A stretch of DNA of 64,000 nt from an uncultured Gammaproteobacteria bacterium (GTDB lineage: Bacteria > Pseudomonadota > Gammaproteobacteria > Arenicellales > Poriferihabitantaceae): contig CALKKV010000017.1 of the NCBI GenBank assembly GCA_937992195.1, forward strand, positions 20,086 through 84,085. The letters are read 5' to 3'. Positions 1 through 9,461 of this stretch are shown here, piece by piece (within the stretch, counting starts at the first letter, position 1; each line of letters starts with the position of its first letter). Both the position numbers and the translations under genes were made by a program. Under the pieces are notes generated by a model. That model ran no database searches. It was not told where the DNA came from and worked only from the letters and a program-made list of their open reading frames with translations.

Positions 1-746
1 AGATAGTCAGCATTGAAATTAAAGCGACCAAATTGCATCGAACCACCGGTTGCAATGCCAGCTTTTTCATCACCTACAGAAACCTGCATTAATGACAAAC
101 TTGCCTTTCTTCCCCGCCAGTCAAAACCGCTGACTTCCCGGTCCAATAAATCATCAGACTTGACTACGGCACGGGTAAATCCCAGCTGGTTATTCTTACT
201 TACCTTCCAACCCAAGTACGCACCATCGTATTTATAGTTTTGGCGCAAACCACCGTGGAAATGAAACGGATCAATATGGTTAAAGTTATTCACGATTGAG
301 CTGGTGGTATCGCCTTCACCACTAAATCCCAGGAACGTGGTTCTGCCGAGGGAAACACCAAACTGATTGAATGTTTGGTCGTCAGCATCCGCCAGACCAT
401 AGTGCAACGTGTGATTGGTAAACTGCTGATCTAGTGACAGCGTCGACCTTGCAACGGTATTGCCAGGCTCAGTAAAGCGTGTAAGCCAATCTCGGGAGTC
501 ATCGGCATCGAATTGATACCAGAGGCCACCTTTAGACGCGCTATTTCCCTGTGCCGGGGACTCGAATGCAAGAAAACCCGAGGGTGAAATCGAGTCGGTA
601 AAGGATTGTGCCGCCATAATAGGTGAGGCGAATAAACTACAAACAGCCAGCGCGATCGATTGTTTTTTCAACGATGTTCCAAGGTTTTTCTTAAAGCGGC
701 CGGTGCCCCTATTTTGCATCATGCAGTTTTCGATATTTTCGTTCAT
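1..746 (-). CDS. Exported, possibly outer-membrane beta-barrel, hypothetical protein; runs off the left edge (not in the ORF track)
   Basis: Manual translation from ATG 746 (GGGAGGA upstream): MNENIENCMMQNRGTGRFKKNLGTSLKKQSIALAVCSLFASPIMAAQSF..., open to base 1. Signal-peptide-like segment, then Gly/aromatic-rich strand-like segments (NYKYDGAYLGWKV, QFGRFNFNADY). Confidence 0.7.
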   Translation of the reverse strand, partial: MNENIENCMMQNRGTGRFKKNLGTSLKKQSIALAVCSLFASPIMAAQSFTDSISPSGFLAFESPAQGNSASKGGLWYQFDADDSRDWLTRFTEPGNTVARSTLSLDQQFTNHTLHYGLADADDQTFNQFGVSLGRTTFLGFSGEGDTTSSIVNNFNHIDPFHFHGGLRQNYKYDGAYLGWKVSKNNQLGFTRAVVKSDDLLDREVSGFDWRGRKASLSLMQVSVGDEKAGIATGGSMQFGRFNFNADY

Positions 747-833
747 GCGTACGGATTCCTCCCAAAAAATCATATTGGTAACTATTGTTACCAGTAATTG
801 TAGACCGATATTCTGTACTCTGCATGAAAACTC

Positions 834-3800
834 TTACACCGAAATTGGCGTTGGCTCCTTAGGCTGGAATTTTTCTGCTGCATTTTCGTAAATCAACAGC
901 AAAGATGGCACCAGGAACAACACCAACAAGGTGGCAAACGCCAACCCAAAGGCCATACTGGTCGCCATTGGAATCAAGAACTGCGCCTGCAGCGATGTTT
1001 CAAATAATAACGGTGTGAGTCCAGCTACAGTCGTCAAAGAGGTCAGCAAAACCGCCCGCAGCCGCTGACAGGCCGCCTCGATTACCGCTTCCCGCGCTTC
1101 TATACCCTTGATACGCAAATCCCGATAAAACACCACCAGAATAATTGAGTCATTGACGACGATGCCAGATAGCCCGAACAGACCAAACAAGGACAGTAAT
1201 GTGAGATCAATTCCGAGCGCCACGTGGCCCCAAATCGCACCCACCGCCGCAAACGGAATAATAAACATAACAATGAGCGGCCATCCATATGAGCCGAATA
1301 CCCAGGAAAGCACCAGATAGATCATGCTAAGCGCCAACACCAAACCGACTTTCATATCGCCAAGGGTTTCCTTTTGATCTTTCTGGCGACCGCCAAACCC
1401 AAAGGAAACACCGTGCTGACTGGCAAGCGCCGGCAGCAGCTCAGCCTCGAGATCTTTACGAATCGAATTGGTATTGGCGACTGCAGGGTCAACGCTGGCT
1501 GTAACCGTCACCGCCAGCCTGCCGTCTGAATGACGAATAGTTTCAAAGCCACGGGATAACTCGACCGTCGCCAAATTGCCGATGGTCTCCAGGTTTCCGC
1601 TCGGCAAAACGATATCGATTTCAGACAGACTGGCAACCGAGTCGCGTTCATTTTCCGGCAGCAATAGTCGTACCTCGATATCATCGAAACCGTCAGAAAG
1701 CTCTTGAATTTTCACGCCGTCATAAGCGGCGCGAAGCTGGGTCGAAACCGTATCGATACTCAATCCAAGCGCTTCCGCCACCGGCGTAAGCTTCAGCACC
1801 ATCTGCTCTCTACCATAGGGGGCGTCATCACCGATACCAGATACACCGGGTGTTTGGCGGAGCACGCCGGTGATTTCTTCAGCCACTGTTTTTACCTGCT
1901 GAATGCTGGCACCGACGATGCGGATATCGAGATCGCTACCTGGAGGCCCGGCCCGTGGCTCAACCACGCTCATAAACTCTCTACCAGGAATCGGCGGTAA
2001 CCGCTCTTTCCAAGCCTTAATTATGTCTCTATTTCGAACTTCACGCTTATCCGGATCCACCAGCTCGGCCCGCACGCTACCGAAATGGTCCCCTGTGCCG
2101 CCAGCGCCGTCGAGTGAACCATGTCGGCTAATCACCAGAGAAATAAACTCGGTCTCCAGCTCTTCCTCTGTCTCTCTGAGCGCCGTTTCCATTACCTTGA
2201 GATAGTCCTGTACGACAGATGCAGGTGTCCCTGAGACAAATCCGACGTTAGCAAAAATTCGGTCCGCCTCTGCCGTGGGGAAAAACTGAAAGCCAATTCG
2301 ACCCGACGCTGACCAGCCGACAGTCACCATCAACATCGCAATCGCCAACGCAATTGTCGTCCATCGATTATCGACCGCTATAGTAATCACCGGCCTGAAC
2401 CTGAAATCCCGAAAACGATTAAACCCACCATCGAGCTTTTGCCGAATCCGTGAGTCCGGTTTGTTTCCAAGCTTACGGAATGAGTGCGTAAGGTGACCCG
2501 GCATGATCAAGAAACACTCTATTAAAGAAGCAATAATCACGCAGATTACGACCACAGGAATCGCCTGCATAATCGTCCCAATGACACCGCCGACCAGCAG
2601 CAAGGGCATAAATGCCGCAATCGTGGTTAACGACGAAGAAAAGACCGGCCCGAGCATTCGTCTGGAGGCATTCTCGCCGGCATGCTCCCTTTCACCGATC
2701 TGGTATTGGCTCATCGCCTCTTCACCGACTACGATCGCGTCGTCGACAATAATGCCGAGCGCCATGATTAAACCAAACAGGCTGAGCATATTGATCGAAC
2801 CGCCGACAGCATAAAGCACCGCCAGCGAAGCCATAAATGACACCGGAATGCCTACCGCCACCCAAAACGCAACCCGCCCATTCATAAACAAAAATAGAAT
2901 GATCAGTACTAGCAATAGACCACCAACGCCATTTTTCACCAGTAAACTTATCCGCCCCTGAAGTGCCTGCCAGCGCTCGTTGTAGGTCACCACTTCAACC
3001 CCTGGCGGCAAACCTGGCCGGGTATCTTCAATCCACTCATGCAAAATATTGGCGGCTTTGAGACTATCGCTGTTTTCAGTTCGACTAAGCGTTAGCTCAA
3101 CAGCAGGCTTGCCCTGATAGCTGATTGAAACCTGTCCATCTCTCGGCTTTCGAGTAATCTCAGCCATATCACCCAATGCGACACGGCGACCATTTTGCTC
3201 AGCAACAACTGGGATTGATTCAAACTCAAGCTCAGTTTCACGTCGTTCGCTAAAACGTAGCTGCCGGGATATCTCTCCCCTACCGATAATTCCCACCGGC
3301 ACATCACGGGACCAGGCAGATACCCGCCTGCCAACGTCATCCAGAGACAAACCAAGCTCTCTTAAATTACGCGCCGGTACCTCAATCGCAATTTGCTCTT
3401 CGGGTAAACCATTGATAAAAATTTTAGCGATTCCGCGACCGAGCAATTCCGCTTCAAACCGATTGACGAGTGGCCGCAGCTCTCCCACATTCTGGCCCCC
3501 GGTCACCAGCAGTCTGGCTACGGTTTCATAGCGAATCACCTGGGTTACCACCGGTTCCTCTGCATCCGTTGGCAAGTTTGTCACCTGATCAATCTGCTGC
3601 TTCACCTGATCAACCGCTTTGCTCATATCGGTCCCCTCAGCAAATTCCAGCGAAACCGATGACACTCCCTCGGCCGAGGTAGAGGTAATTTGCTTAACAA
3701 AATCAACTTCACGCAGGGATTGCTCCAGCGAAGTTGTGATGAGCTCTTCTACATCCTCTGCACTTGCACCACTCCAAACAACGCGCACGCTGGCATAGTC

Positions 3801-3974
3801 AATCGCAAAGGTTGGAAAGAATTGGGTGTTTAATTGACGAATCCCCCAGAAGCCAGCAAGCAGCATCATTACCATTAACAAATTGGCGGCTACCGGATGA
3901 TTTGCAAAAATACCGATGATGCCGCCGCGAGCGTCAAGCCCTGGCATTGCTGAGGATGGTGTGAATTTCGCCAC
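834..3974 (-). CDS. RND efflux permease, AcrB/AcrD/AcrF family
   Basis: 1046 aa; N-terminal NHPVAANLLM, TM4 GIIVDDAIVVGE, second-half GIVVNDSI, RLRAVLLTSLTT. Confidence 0.95.
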   Translation of the reverse strand: MAKFTPSSAMPGLDARGGIIGIFANHPVAANLLMVMMLLAGFWGIRQLNTQFFPTFAIDYASVRVVWSGASAEDVEELITTSLEQSLREVDFVKQITSTSAEGVSSVSLEFAEGTDMSKAVDQVKQQIDQVTNLPTDAEEPVVTQVIRYETVARLLVTGGQNVGELRPLVNRFEAELLGRGIAKIFINGLPEEQIAIEVPARNLRELGLSLDDVGRRVSAWSRDVPVGIIGRGEISRQLRFSERRETELEFESIPVVAEQNGRRVALGDMAEITRKPRDGQVSISYQGKPAVELTLSRTENSDSLKAANILHEWIEDTRPGLPPGVEVVTYNERWQALQGRISLLVKNGVGGLLLVLIILFLFMNGRVAFWVAVGIPVSFMASLAVLYAVGGSINMLSLFGLIMALGIIVDDAIVVGEEAMSQYQIGEREHAGENASRRMLGPVFSSSLTTIAAFMPLLLVGGVIGTIMQAIPVVVICVIIASLIECFLIMPGHLTHSFRKLGNKPDSRIRQKLDGGFNRFRDFRFRPVITIAVDNRWTTIALAIAMLMVTVGWSASGRIGFQFFPTAEADRIFANVGFVSGTPASVVQDYLKVMETALRETEEELETEFISLVISRHGSLDGAGGTGDHFGSVRAELVDPDKREVRNRDIIKAWKERLPPIPGREFMSVVEPRAGPPGSDLDIRIVGASIQQVKTVAEEITGVLRQTPGVSGIGDDAPYGREQMVLKLTPVAEALGLSIDTVSTQLRAAYDGVKIQELSDGFDDIEVRLLLPENERDSVASLSEIDIVLPSGNLETIGNLATVELSRGFETIRHSDGRLAVTVTASVDPAVANTNSIRKDLEAELLPALASQHGVSFGFGGRQKDQKETLGDMKVGLVLALSMIYLVLSWVFGSYGWPLIVMFIIPFAAVGAIWGHVALGIDLTLLSLFGLFGLSGIVVNDSIILVVFYRDLRIKGIEAREAVIEAACQRLRAVLLTSLTTVAGLTPLLFETSLQAQFLIPMATSMAFGLAFATLLVLFLVPSLLLIYENAAEKFQPKEPTPISV

Positions 3975-5218
3975 TATTCAGCCTCCTGTTCGACGTCCAC
4001 TTCGAGACCGTGGATTGCCTGCGGTAATCGCGAGTTCAATACCAAATCGCCATCTTCAAATACATCTCCCGCGACCAACATTTGTAAACCGCGTTGATCG
4101 TCCAGAGACTGCCCCAGTCGCTGCACTGTCTGCGCCTGCAGGCTACCGTCGACGATTCGATACACCAGATTAGCGCCGTAAAGCGCATTGGGAGACAAGG
4201 CCACTGCATTTTCGACTGCTGGCAGAGACAGACGCAGTTCTACCGTCTTGCCTAGCGCCGGTAAGGAGCTCGACTCCGAGCGGAAAAACGCATCCACCCC
4301 GCCCTGACCGCTCGCAACACTGGCTGCAAGCCGAACAAGGGTGAGCGGAATCTCTTTAGCGTTATCGACCATCCTGGCTTCAACGGCCTGATTGCTAGAG
4401 AGCGCTTTTCGAAGATCGGCGACATACCGACTGGGCACCTGTGCTCTGATTTCCAGAGCCGCATCATCATAGACCCGCACCAGTTGTGTGGTCACAGCGG
4501 TACGATCTCCGGGCGATACCATGACATTGACCACCCTGCCATCAAACGGCGCTTTCACTTCGGTCTTGAGAATATCCCGTTCCGACCCTTTCAGCACCGC
4601 TTTCGCTCTGTCGACCCTCGCTTTCCACAGTTTCTGGCGGGAAGCAAAGTCAGCAATATCGAGCTTGCGCTGGGTCACTGCTAACTCCAGTCGTTGCACC
4701 TCTTGCAACGCGGAATCCAAGGTCGCTTCTGTACCTGCACTGCTGCGCGCCAGCTTACTGGCTCGTTCCACAGCCTTATTGCTCAACTCAACCAGCTTTT
4801 GCTCATGTTTTAGCGCTACTTTATCGGTGTCGTAGCGACTGCGATCACTTTCTAGCTGAGCTTCAATCTCCGCAAGTTCCGCTCGACGCTGCAGAATATC
4901 AAGATTAATATCTGCCTGATCCAGCTGCACCAATACCTGTCCAGCTTCGACAGTATCTCCCTCGAGTACGTTGACCGCCAAAACATCCGACGAGATGCCG
5001 GCGGTTAATACCGTATTTCGTGGTGCTTCAATCTGGCCAAACAGGGTTAGCCCCGGAGAAATCGAAGACTTGACGATTCGTTGCCCCGCAACCACAGGTA
5101 AAATTGTTGTAGGAGAAGCTTTTTCCGGCTTTTCCTTGGTGCGTTTCAAATAGAGATATCCTCCAACGCCAACGGCTAGGATCAACAGCGGTATAAGGAT
5201 TTTGAAGAAACGCTTCAT
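3974..5218 (-). CDS. RND periplasmic adaptor (membrane fusion protein)
   Basis: N-terminal TM anchor, lipoyl halves (VLEGDTVEAGQVLVQLD, VKAPFDGRV) around a long coiled coil; stop overlaps the permease start. Confidence 0.93.
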   Translation of the reverse strand: MKRFFKILIPLLILAVGVGGYLYLKRTKEKPEKASPTTILPVVAGQRIVKSSISPGLTLFGQIEAPRNTVLTAGISSDVLAVNVLEGDTVEAGQVLVQLDQADINLDILQRRAELAEIEAQLESDRSRYDTDKVALKHEQKLVELSNKAVERASKLARSSAGTEATLDSALQEVQRLELAVTQRKLDIADFASRQKLWKARVDRAKAVLKGSERDILKTEVKAPFDGRVVNVMVSPGDRTAVTTQLVRVYDDAALEIRAQVPSRYVADLRKALSSNQAVEARMVDNAKEIPLTLVRLAASVASGQGGVDAFFRSESSSLPALGKTVELRLSLPAVENAVALSPNALYGANLVYRIVDGSLQAQTVQRLGQSLDDQRGLQMLVAGDVFEDGDLVLNSRLPQAIHGLEVDVEQEAE

Positions 5219-5367
5219 GCGTGAATAATTGGTAAAGAAAGTTGTTAGAGTGTGTCAGAGATTATAAGGTTTCACAGAGATAGAGATATCGCTGCGAAAG
5301 AACTTTACACACTTTTACAATGCGCGGATTCTATCCGTCTCATTCCACCAGGATAGCCTGATTAACA

Positions 5368-6012
5368 ATGCCCCCCAGAGAACACAGTGCGACGCTACAT
5401 GCATACTTAGATGCGCACAAAGAAAACCCCAGGTTTGCCGTGGTCGGGCCGCTTTGTGCAATACATAAGCGATTTGCCGATCCGGTGATTTTTGTCGATG
5501 GCGGATCAATCAGACGTGAAGGCAACGAAGGAATCTGCGTGGGCGACGGCGATTCGTCGACCATACCCATGGATATGCAGCTAGACCCGCAGAAAGATTT
5601 CTCTGATTTGTCATTTGCGCTCGACTTGCTTCCTGAAGGAGTAAAGGAGGTCACACTGGATGGCTTCCTAGGCGGGCGCAGAGATCACGAATTGTTTAAT
5701 CTTGGCGAGGTGTTTCATTTCTTGTGTCGTCGTGATTCACCATGCGCTGTTTTTTTTGATCGCGAGATTGCTGCGGTTACCAAAGGCCGATGGCGGCTGG
5801 CCATCGACGGCCTGTTTAGCTTAATGGCCGTTGAAAAGTCTTGTGTAAACTTAAGCGGCGACTGCGAATACCAAATAAACCCTTCGCAGGAAGTTACCCC
5901 ACTTTCCTCTTTTGGCTTAAGTAATATCGCAAACGGAGAGATTTCAATTGAAACGAATAACCCCATCTTTGTATTGTCAGAAAATATCCAAAGCGTACTA
6001 CCTGTAGACTGA
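5368..6012 (+). CDS. thiN: Thiamine pyrophosphokinase (thiamine diphosphokinase)-like protein; exact start uncertain
   Basis: Ordered TPK motifs VDGG, GDGDS, KDFSDL, LGGRRDHELFN and C-terminal GLSN. Confidence 0.75.
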   Translation: MPPREHSATLHAYLDAHKENPRFAVVGPLCAIHKRFADPVIFVDGGSIRREGNEGICVGDGDSSTIPMDMQLDPQKDFSDLSFALDLLPEGVKEVTLDGFLGGRRDHELFNLGEVFHFLCRRDSPCAVFFDREIAAVTKGRWRLAIDGLFSLMAVEKSCVNLSGDCEYQINPSQEVTPLSSFGLSNIANGEISIETNNPIFVLSENIQSVLPVD

Positions 6013-6021
6013 TCCAAACTT

Positions 6022-6876
6022 ATGACTGACTTGTTCGAATTTAAAGCCGCGAAACGAAACTTCGCACTCATTGGAAACCCAGTGTCTCATAGCAAGTCAC
6101 CGGTGATTCACAAGGCATTCGCATTGCAATGCGAAAAAAATATTGAATACGATCTTATCCAGGTTGATGTCGGTGGTTTCGACCAGGCGGTCAGTCACTT
6201 TAGCGCACATGGCGGAGCGGGATTAAATATAACCGCGCCGTTCAAGGTTGAAGCCTGGCAAATGTGCCAACGCGAGGGCAACGCGCTTACGGAGCGTGGT
6301 GAATTAGCCGAATCAATAAACACCCTAAGCTTTCGTGAAGACGGCTCGGTTTTGGGTGACAATACCGATGGCATAGGCCTTGTCAGAGATATTGAGGATA
6401 ATCTTGGTCACACAATTTCTGGCAAACGTATTTTGCTCATCGGTGCCGGAGGCGCTTCGAGAGGTGCAATCGGACCGCTTCTGCAGGCATCTCCCAGCCA
6501 TCTACATATCGTCAATCGCACCGCGCAAAAGGCAACCCAGCTCGCGAGCCACTTTCAGTCAAGGGGAGAAGTATCCGGTGGCAGTCTCGACAGTGATACC
6601 AACACATTTGATCTAATCATTAACGCCACCGCTGCAGGATTAAGCGGAAAGCTTCCCGGCATAGATCCCCAGAACGTTGGGGCTAACTCGGCGATTTATG
6701 ACATGATGTACAGCAATGAACCAACCACGTTTATGAAGTGGGCGTTGGATCAGGGCGCGGCACATGCCGTAGACGGTCTGGGTATGTTAGTCGAACAGGC
6801 GGCGGAAGCCTTTCGCCAGTGGCATGATGTAGCGCCCGACACGTCTAGCGTCATCGCTTCACTAAGAAAACAATAA
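6022..6876 (+). CDS. aroE: Shikimate dehydrogenase
   Basis: GNPVSHSKSP, NITAPFK, NTDG, GAGGA, DGLGMLVEQAA. Confidence 0.97.
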   Translation: MTDLFEFKAAKRNFALIGNPVSHSKSPVIHKAFALQCEKNIEYDLIQVDVGGFDQAVSHFSAHGGAGLNITAPFKVEAWQMCQREGNALTERGELAESINTLSFREDGSVLGDNTDGIGLVRDIEDNLGHTISGKRILLIGAGGASRGAIGPLLQASPSHLHIVNRTAQKATQLASHFQSRGEVSGGSLDSDTNTFDLIINATAAGLSGKLPGIDPQNVGANSAIYDMMYSNEPTTFMKWALDQGAAHAVDGLGMLVEQAAEAFRQWHDVAPDTSSVIASLRKQ

Positions 6877-6878
6877 CC

Positions 6879-7772
6879 ATGTCAAAACCCCAAAACACCA
6901 AACTGGTGATCGCGATCTCGTCGCGCGCATTGTTTGATATGGAGAAAAGCCATCAGGTTTTTGTTGAGCAGGGTATCGAGGCTTATTGCCGCTATCAAAT
7001 TGAACATGAAAACGAAACCCTGGAACCGGGAGTAGCCTTTTCCATGGTCAAAAAGTTTCTGGCATTAAATCAATCTGATCAACAGATGGTTGAGATTGTT
7101 TTGATTTCACGCAATAGCGCTGACACGGGTTTGCGCGTATTTAATTCCATCGAACATTTCGATCTTGGTATCAGTCGCGCTGCCTTTACTGGCGGCGAAT
7201 CGCCCTATCAATATGTTGCACCGTTTGGCGCAACGCTGTTTCTTTCTGCGGATCCGGAAGACGTAAGACAAGCGCTTGATTCTGGCATCGCTGCCGCAAC
7301 CATCTTGCCTTCCCAGGGAGATGGATCTAACAATGAACGTCTAAAAATTGCCTTTGACGGCGATGCGGTTCTGTTCTCCGACGTTGCCGAACAGGTATAT
7401 CAAAGCCATGGCCTCGAAGTATTTTCGGCAACGGAAAAAGAAGCCGCCAATGAGCCTTTACCTGGCGGGCCGTTTAAACCCGTGCTGTCCGCTTTACACG
7501 ATATTCAGGTGCACTTTGGCTCAAAGGAGTCGCCGATCAGAACAGCGCTTATTACCGCTCGCTCTGCCCCTGCCCACGAGAGAGTGATACGTACCTTGCG
7601 TGCCTGGGATATCCGCATTGACGAAAGTTATTTTTTAGGTGGCATGGACAAGGGTCTTTTTCTACAGACCTTTGACGCGGATATTTTCTTCGACGACCAG
7701 AGCGGTCACTGTGATTCAGCCAGGCAGTATGTACCTACAGGACACGTGCCGAGTGGTGTAAGCAACAATTGA
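6879..7772 (+). CDS. 5'-nucleotidase, cN-I-like bacterial family
   Basis: IAISSRALFD, IAFDGDAVLF, TARSAPAHERV, IFFDDQ. Confidence 0.9.
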   Translation: MSKPQNTKLVIAISSRALFDMEKSHQVFVEQGIEAYCRYQIEHENETLEPGVAFSMVKKFLALNQSDQQMVEIVLISRNSADTGLRVFNSIEHFDLGISRAAFTGGESPYQYVAPFGATLFLSADPEDVRQALDSGIAAATILPSQGDGSNNERLKIAFDGDAVLFSDVAEQVYQSHGLEVFSATEKEAANEPLPGGPFKPVLSALHDIQVHFGSKESPIRTALITARSAPAHERVIRTLRAWDIRIDESYFLGGMDKGLFLQTFDADIFFDDQSGHCDSARQYVPTGHVPSGVSNN

Positions 7773-7781
7773 TTGCTTGTC

Positions 7782-7812
7782 TTGTTTGCTTACAATGGTA
7801 GTTAGCAAGCAA
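7782..7812. terminator. Possible hairpin between convergent nucleotidase and lysA
   Basis: TTGTTTGCT (7782-7790) can pair with AGCAAGCAA (7804-7812) using one G-U; weak U tails. Confidence 0.35.
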
Positions 7813-7827
7813 AACTTCTTTAACACC

Positions 7828-9084
7828 TCAAGAAGGTAAAACGCTTTCCCCTTCATACAGTTTCTGTAACGACTCCCTCTGGCGAATCAGATGTATCTGA
7901 TCACCATCCACCATCACTTCAGCAGGCCGAGGCCGGGCATTATAGTTAGAGGCCATTACCGCGCCATACGCTCCCGCTGAGCGGACCGCCAGAAGATCTC
8001 CGGATCGCACAGACAAGCTTCTGCTCTTACCAAGAAAATCACCGCTCTCACAGATCGGGCCGACTACGTTGTAACTCTTTTCCTCTACATCTGTTCTCTG
8101 ACTGACCTGCACAATTTCTTGATAAGCGTCGTATAGGGCCGGCCGAATCAAATCATTCATTCCTGCATCAACGATACAAAAATGCGTGCTTTCGGTAGAT
8201 TTTAGAAAATTCACTTCGGTAAGCAATACCCCGGCATTTCCGACAATTGCTCTACCAGGCTCAATCGTGATCGGGATACTAATATTTCTTGACTGCAGCT
8301 GTTTGTGCAGTATCGACCAATAGTCCGCCGGGCTTGGCGGTGTTTCATCGTGGTAGCGAATACCAAGACCGCCGCCAAAATCAATATGCTGAATCTCGAC
8401 CCCTTGCTCGGCAAGCACCTCAATAAAATCCAGCACTTTACCCAACGCTTCATTGTATGGGCCAAGCTCGGTGAGCTGCGATCCAATGTGACAGGCGACA
8501 CCGCTCACTTCGATATTTGGATCTTGTTGCGCTTGTAGATAAACCGGCAGCGCCCTGTCCACAGGCAAACCAAACTTATTGTTGTGCAGGCCGGTCGAAA
8601 TATAAGGATGAGTTTGGGCATCAACATCTGGATTGATACGCACAGAAACTGGCGCGACTTTGCCAAGCTCCGCGGCAACCGCGCTCAACGTTTCAAGCTC
8701 GCCTACGGACTCGATGTTAAAACAACGCACACCGGCTTCGAGCGCAGCTCTCATTTCCCAAGGCTGCTTACATACGCCAGAGAAAACTGTTTTCGACGGA
8801 TCGCCGCCTGCTTCGATTACGCGCTGTAGCTCACCACCAGAAACGATATCAAAACCTGACCCAAGTCGCGCAAGCACGTTGATGATCGCCAGATTGCTGT
8901 TTGCCTTAACCGCATAACAAACCAAGTGAGGGTAAGCACCGATTGCTTGATCGAAAGCATGCCAGTGACGTTCAAGGGTTGCGCGAGCGTAGACATAGCA
9001 AGGCGTCGATACCTTACTCGCAACTTTGCTAAGCGGCACTTGTTCGGCGAACAGCTCGCCGTTTTGGTACTGAAAATGATCCAT
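7828..9084 (-). CDS. lysA: Diaminopimelate decarboxylase
   Basis: YAVKANS (PLP lysine), HIGSQ, EPGR, GPICESGD, YNARPRPAEV. Confidence 0.98.
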   Translation of the reverse strand: MDHFQYQNGELFAEQVPLSKVASKVSTPCYVYARATLERHWHAFDQAIGAYPHLVCYAVKANSNLAIINVLARLGSGFDIVSGGELQRVIEAGGDPSKTVFSGVCKQPWEMRAALEAGVRCFNIESVGELETLSAVAAELGKVAPVSVRINPDVDAQTHPYISTGLHNNKFGLPVDRALPVYLQAQQDPNIEVSGVACHIGSQLTELGPYNEALGKVLDFIEVLAEQGVEIQHIDFGGGLGIRYHDETPPSPADYWSILHKQLQSRNISIPITIEPGRAIVGNAGVLLTEVNFLKSTESTHFCIVDAGMNDLIRPALYDAYQEIVQVSQRTDVEEKSYNVVGPICESGDFLGKSRSLSVRSGDLLAVRSAGAYGAVMASNYNARPRPAEVMVDGDQIHLIRQRESLQKLYEGESVLPS

Positions 9085-9234
9085 CGGGGTTTCGTTCGCG
9101 TCAATCGTAACAAGGTCAGCGCACCGAATTCAGCCGCCTTCTGGTATGGTTTTGAAGAGTCAGTGGTTAAGTGTACGGCAGACTCAATATGTAAACTGAA
9201 GCCGGGCGTTTCACCTAACCAGAAGTACTAACCC

Positions 9235-9372
9235 TTAGCCCTCACTGTTTTCTTTTTCTTCCTCAGCGGTTTCACCGCCAGGAATATAGAGATCGCCTTT
9301 TTGTCCGCATCCAGCGAGGAGCACCACCAGGGATGCAGCAATCATTATCGATCCAAGCCATTTTTTCATCAT
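9235..9372 (-). CDS. lptM: Small outer-membrane lipoprotein LptM/LppL/YifL, 45 aa (not in the ORF track)
   Basis: MMKKWLGSIMIAASLVVLLAG-CGQKGDLYIPGGETAEEEKENSEG; lipobox LAGC, family motif CGQKGxLYxP, usual position upstream of lysA. Confidence 0.9.
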   Translation of the reverse strand: MMKKWLGSIMIAASLVVLLAGCGQKGDLYIPGGETAEEEKENSEG

Positions 9373-9461
9373 CTTGCCAATCTTCCGCCAGGCTCTCAAG
9401 CCTCGAGTTAAGTTATAGGATAGTGCATGCGCCTCAATCAGCCCAAATTCTGCAGGTATTG

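Noticed and set aside
9085-9234. Lysine riboswitch upstream of lysA
   Set aside because: No AGAGGNGC core or five-way junction visible; kept only as a weak structured-leader finding.
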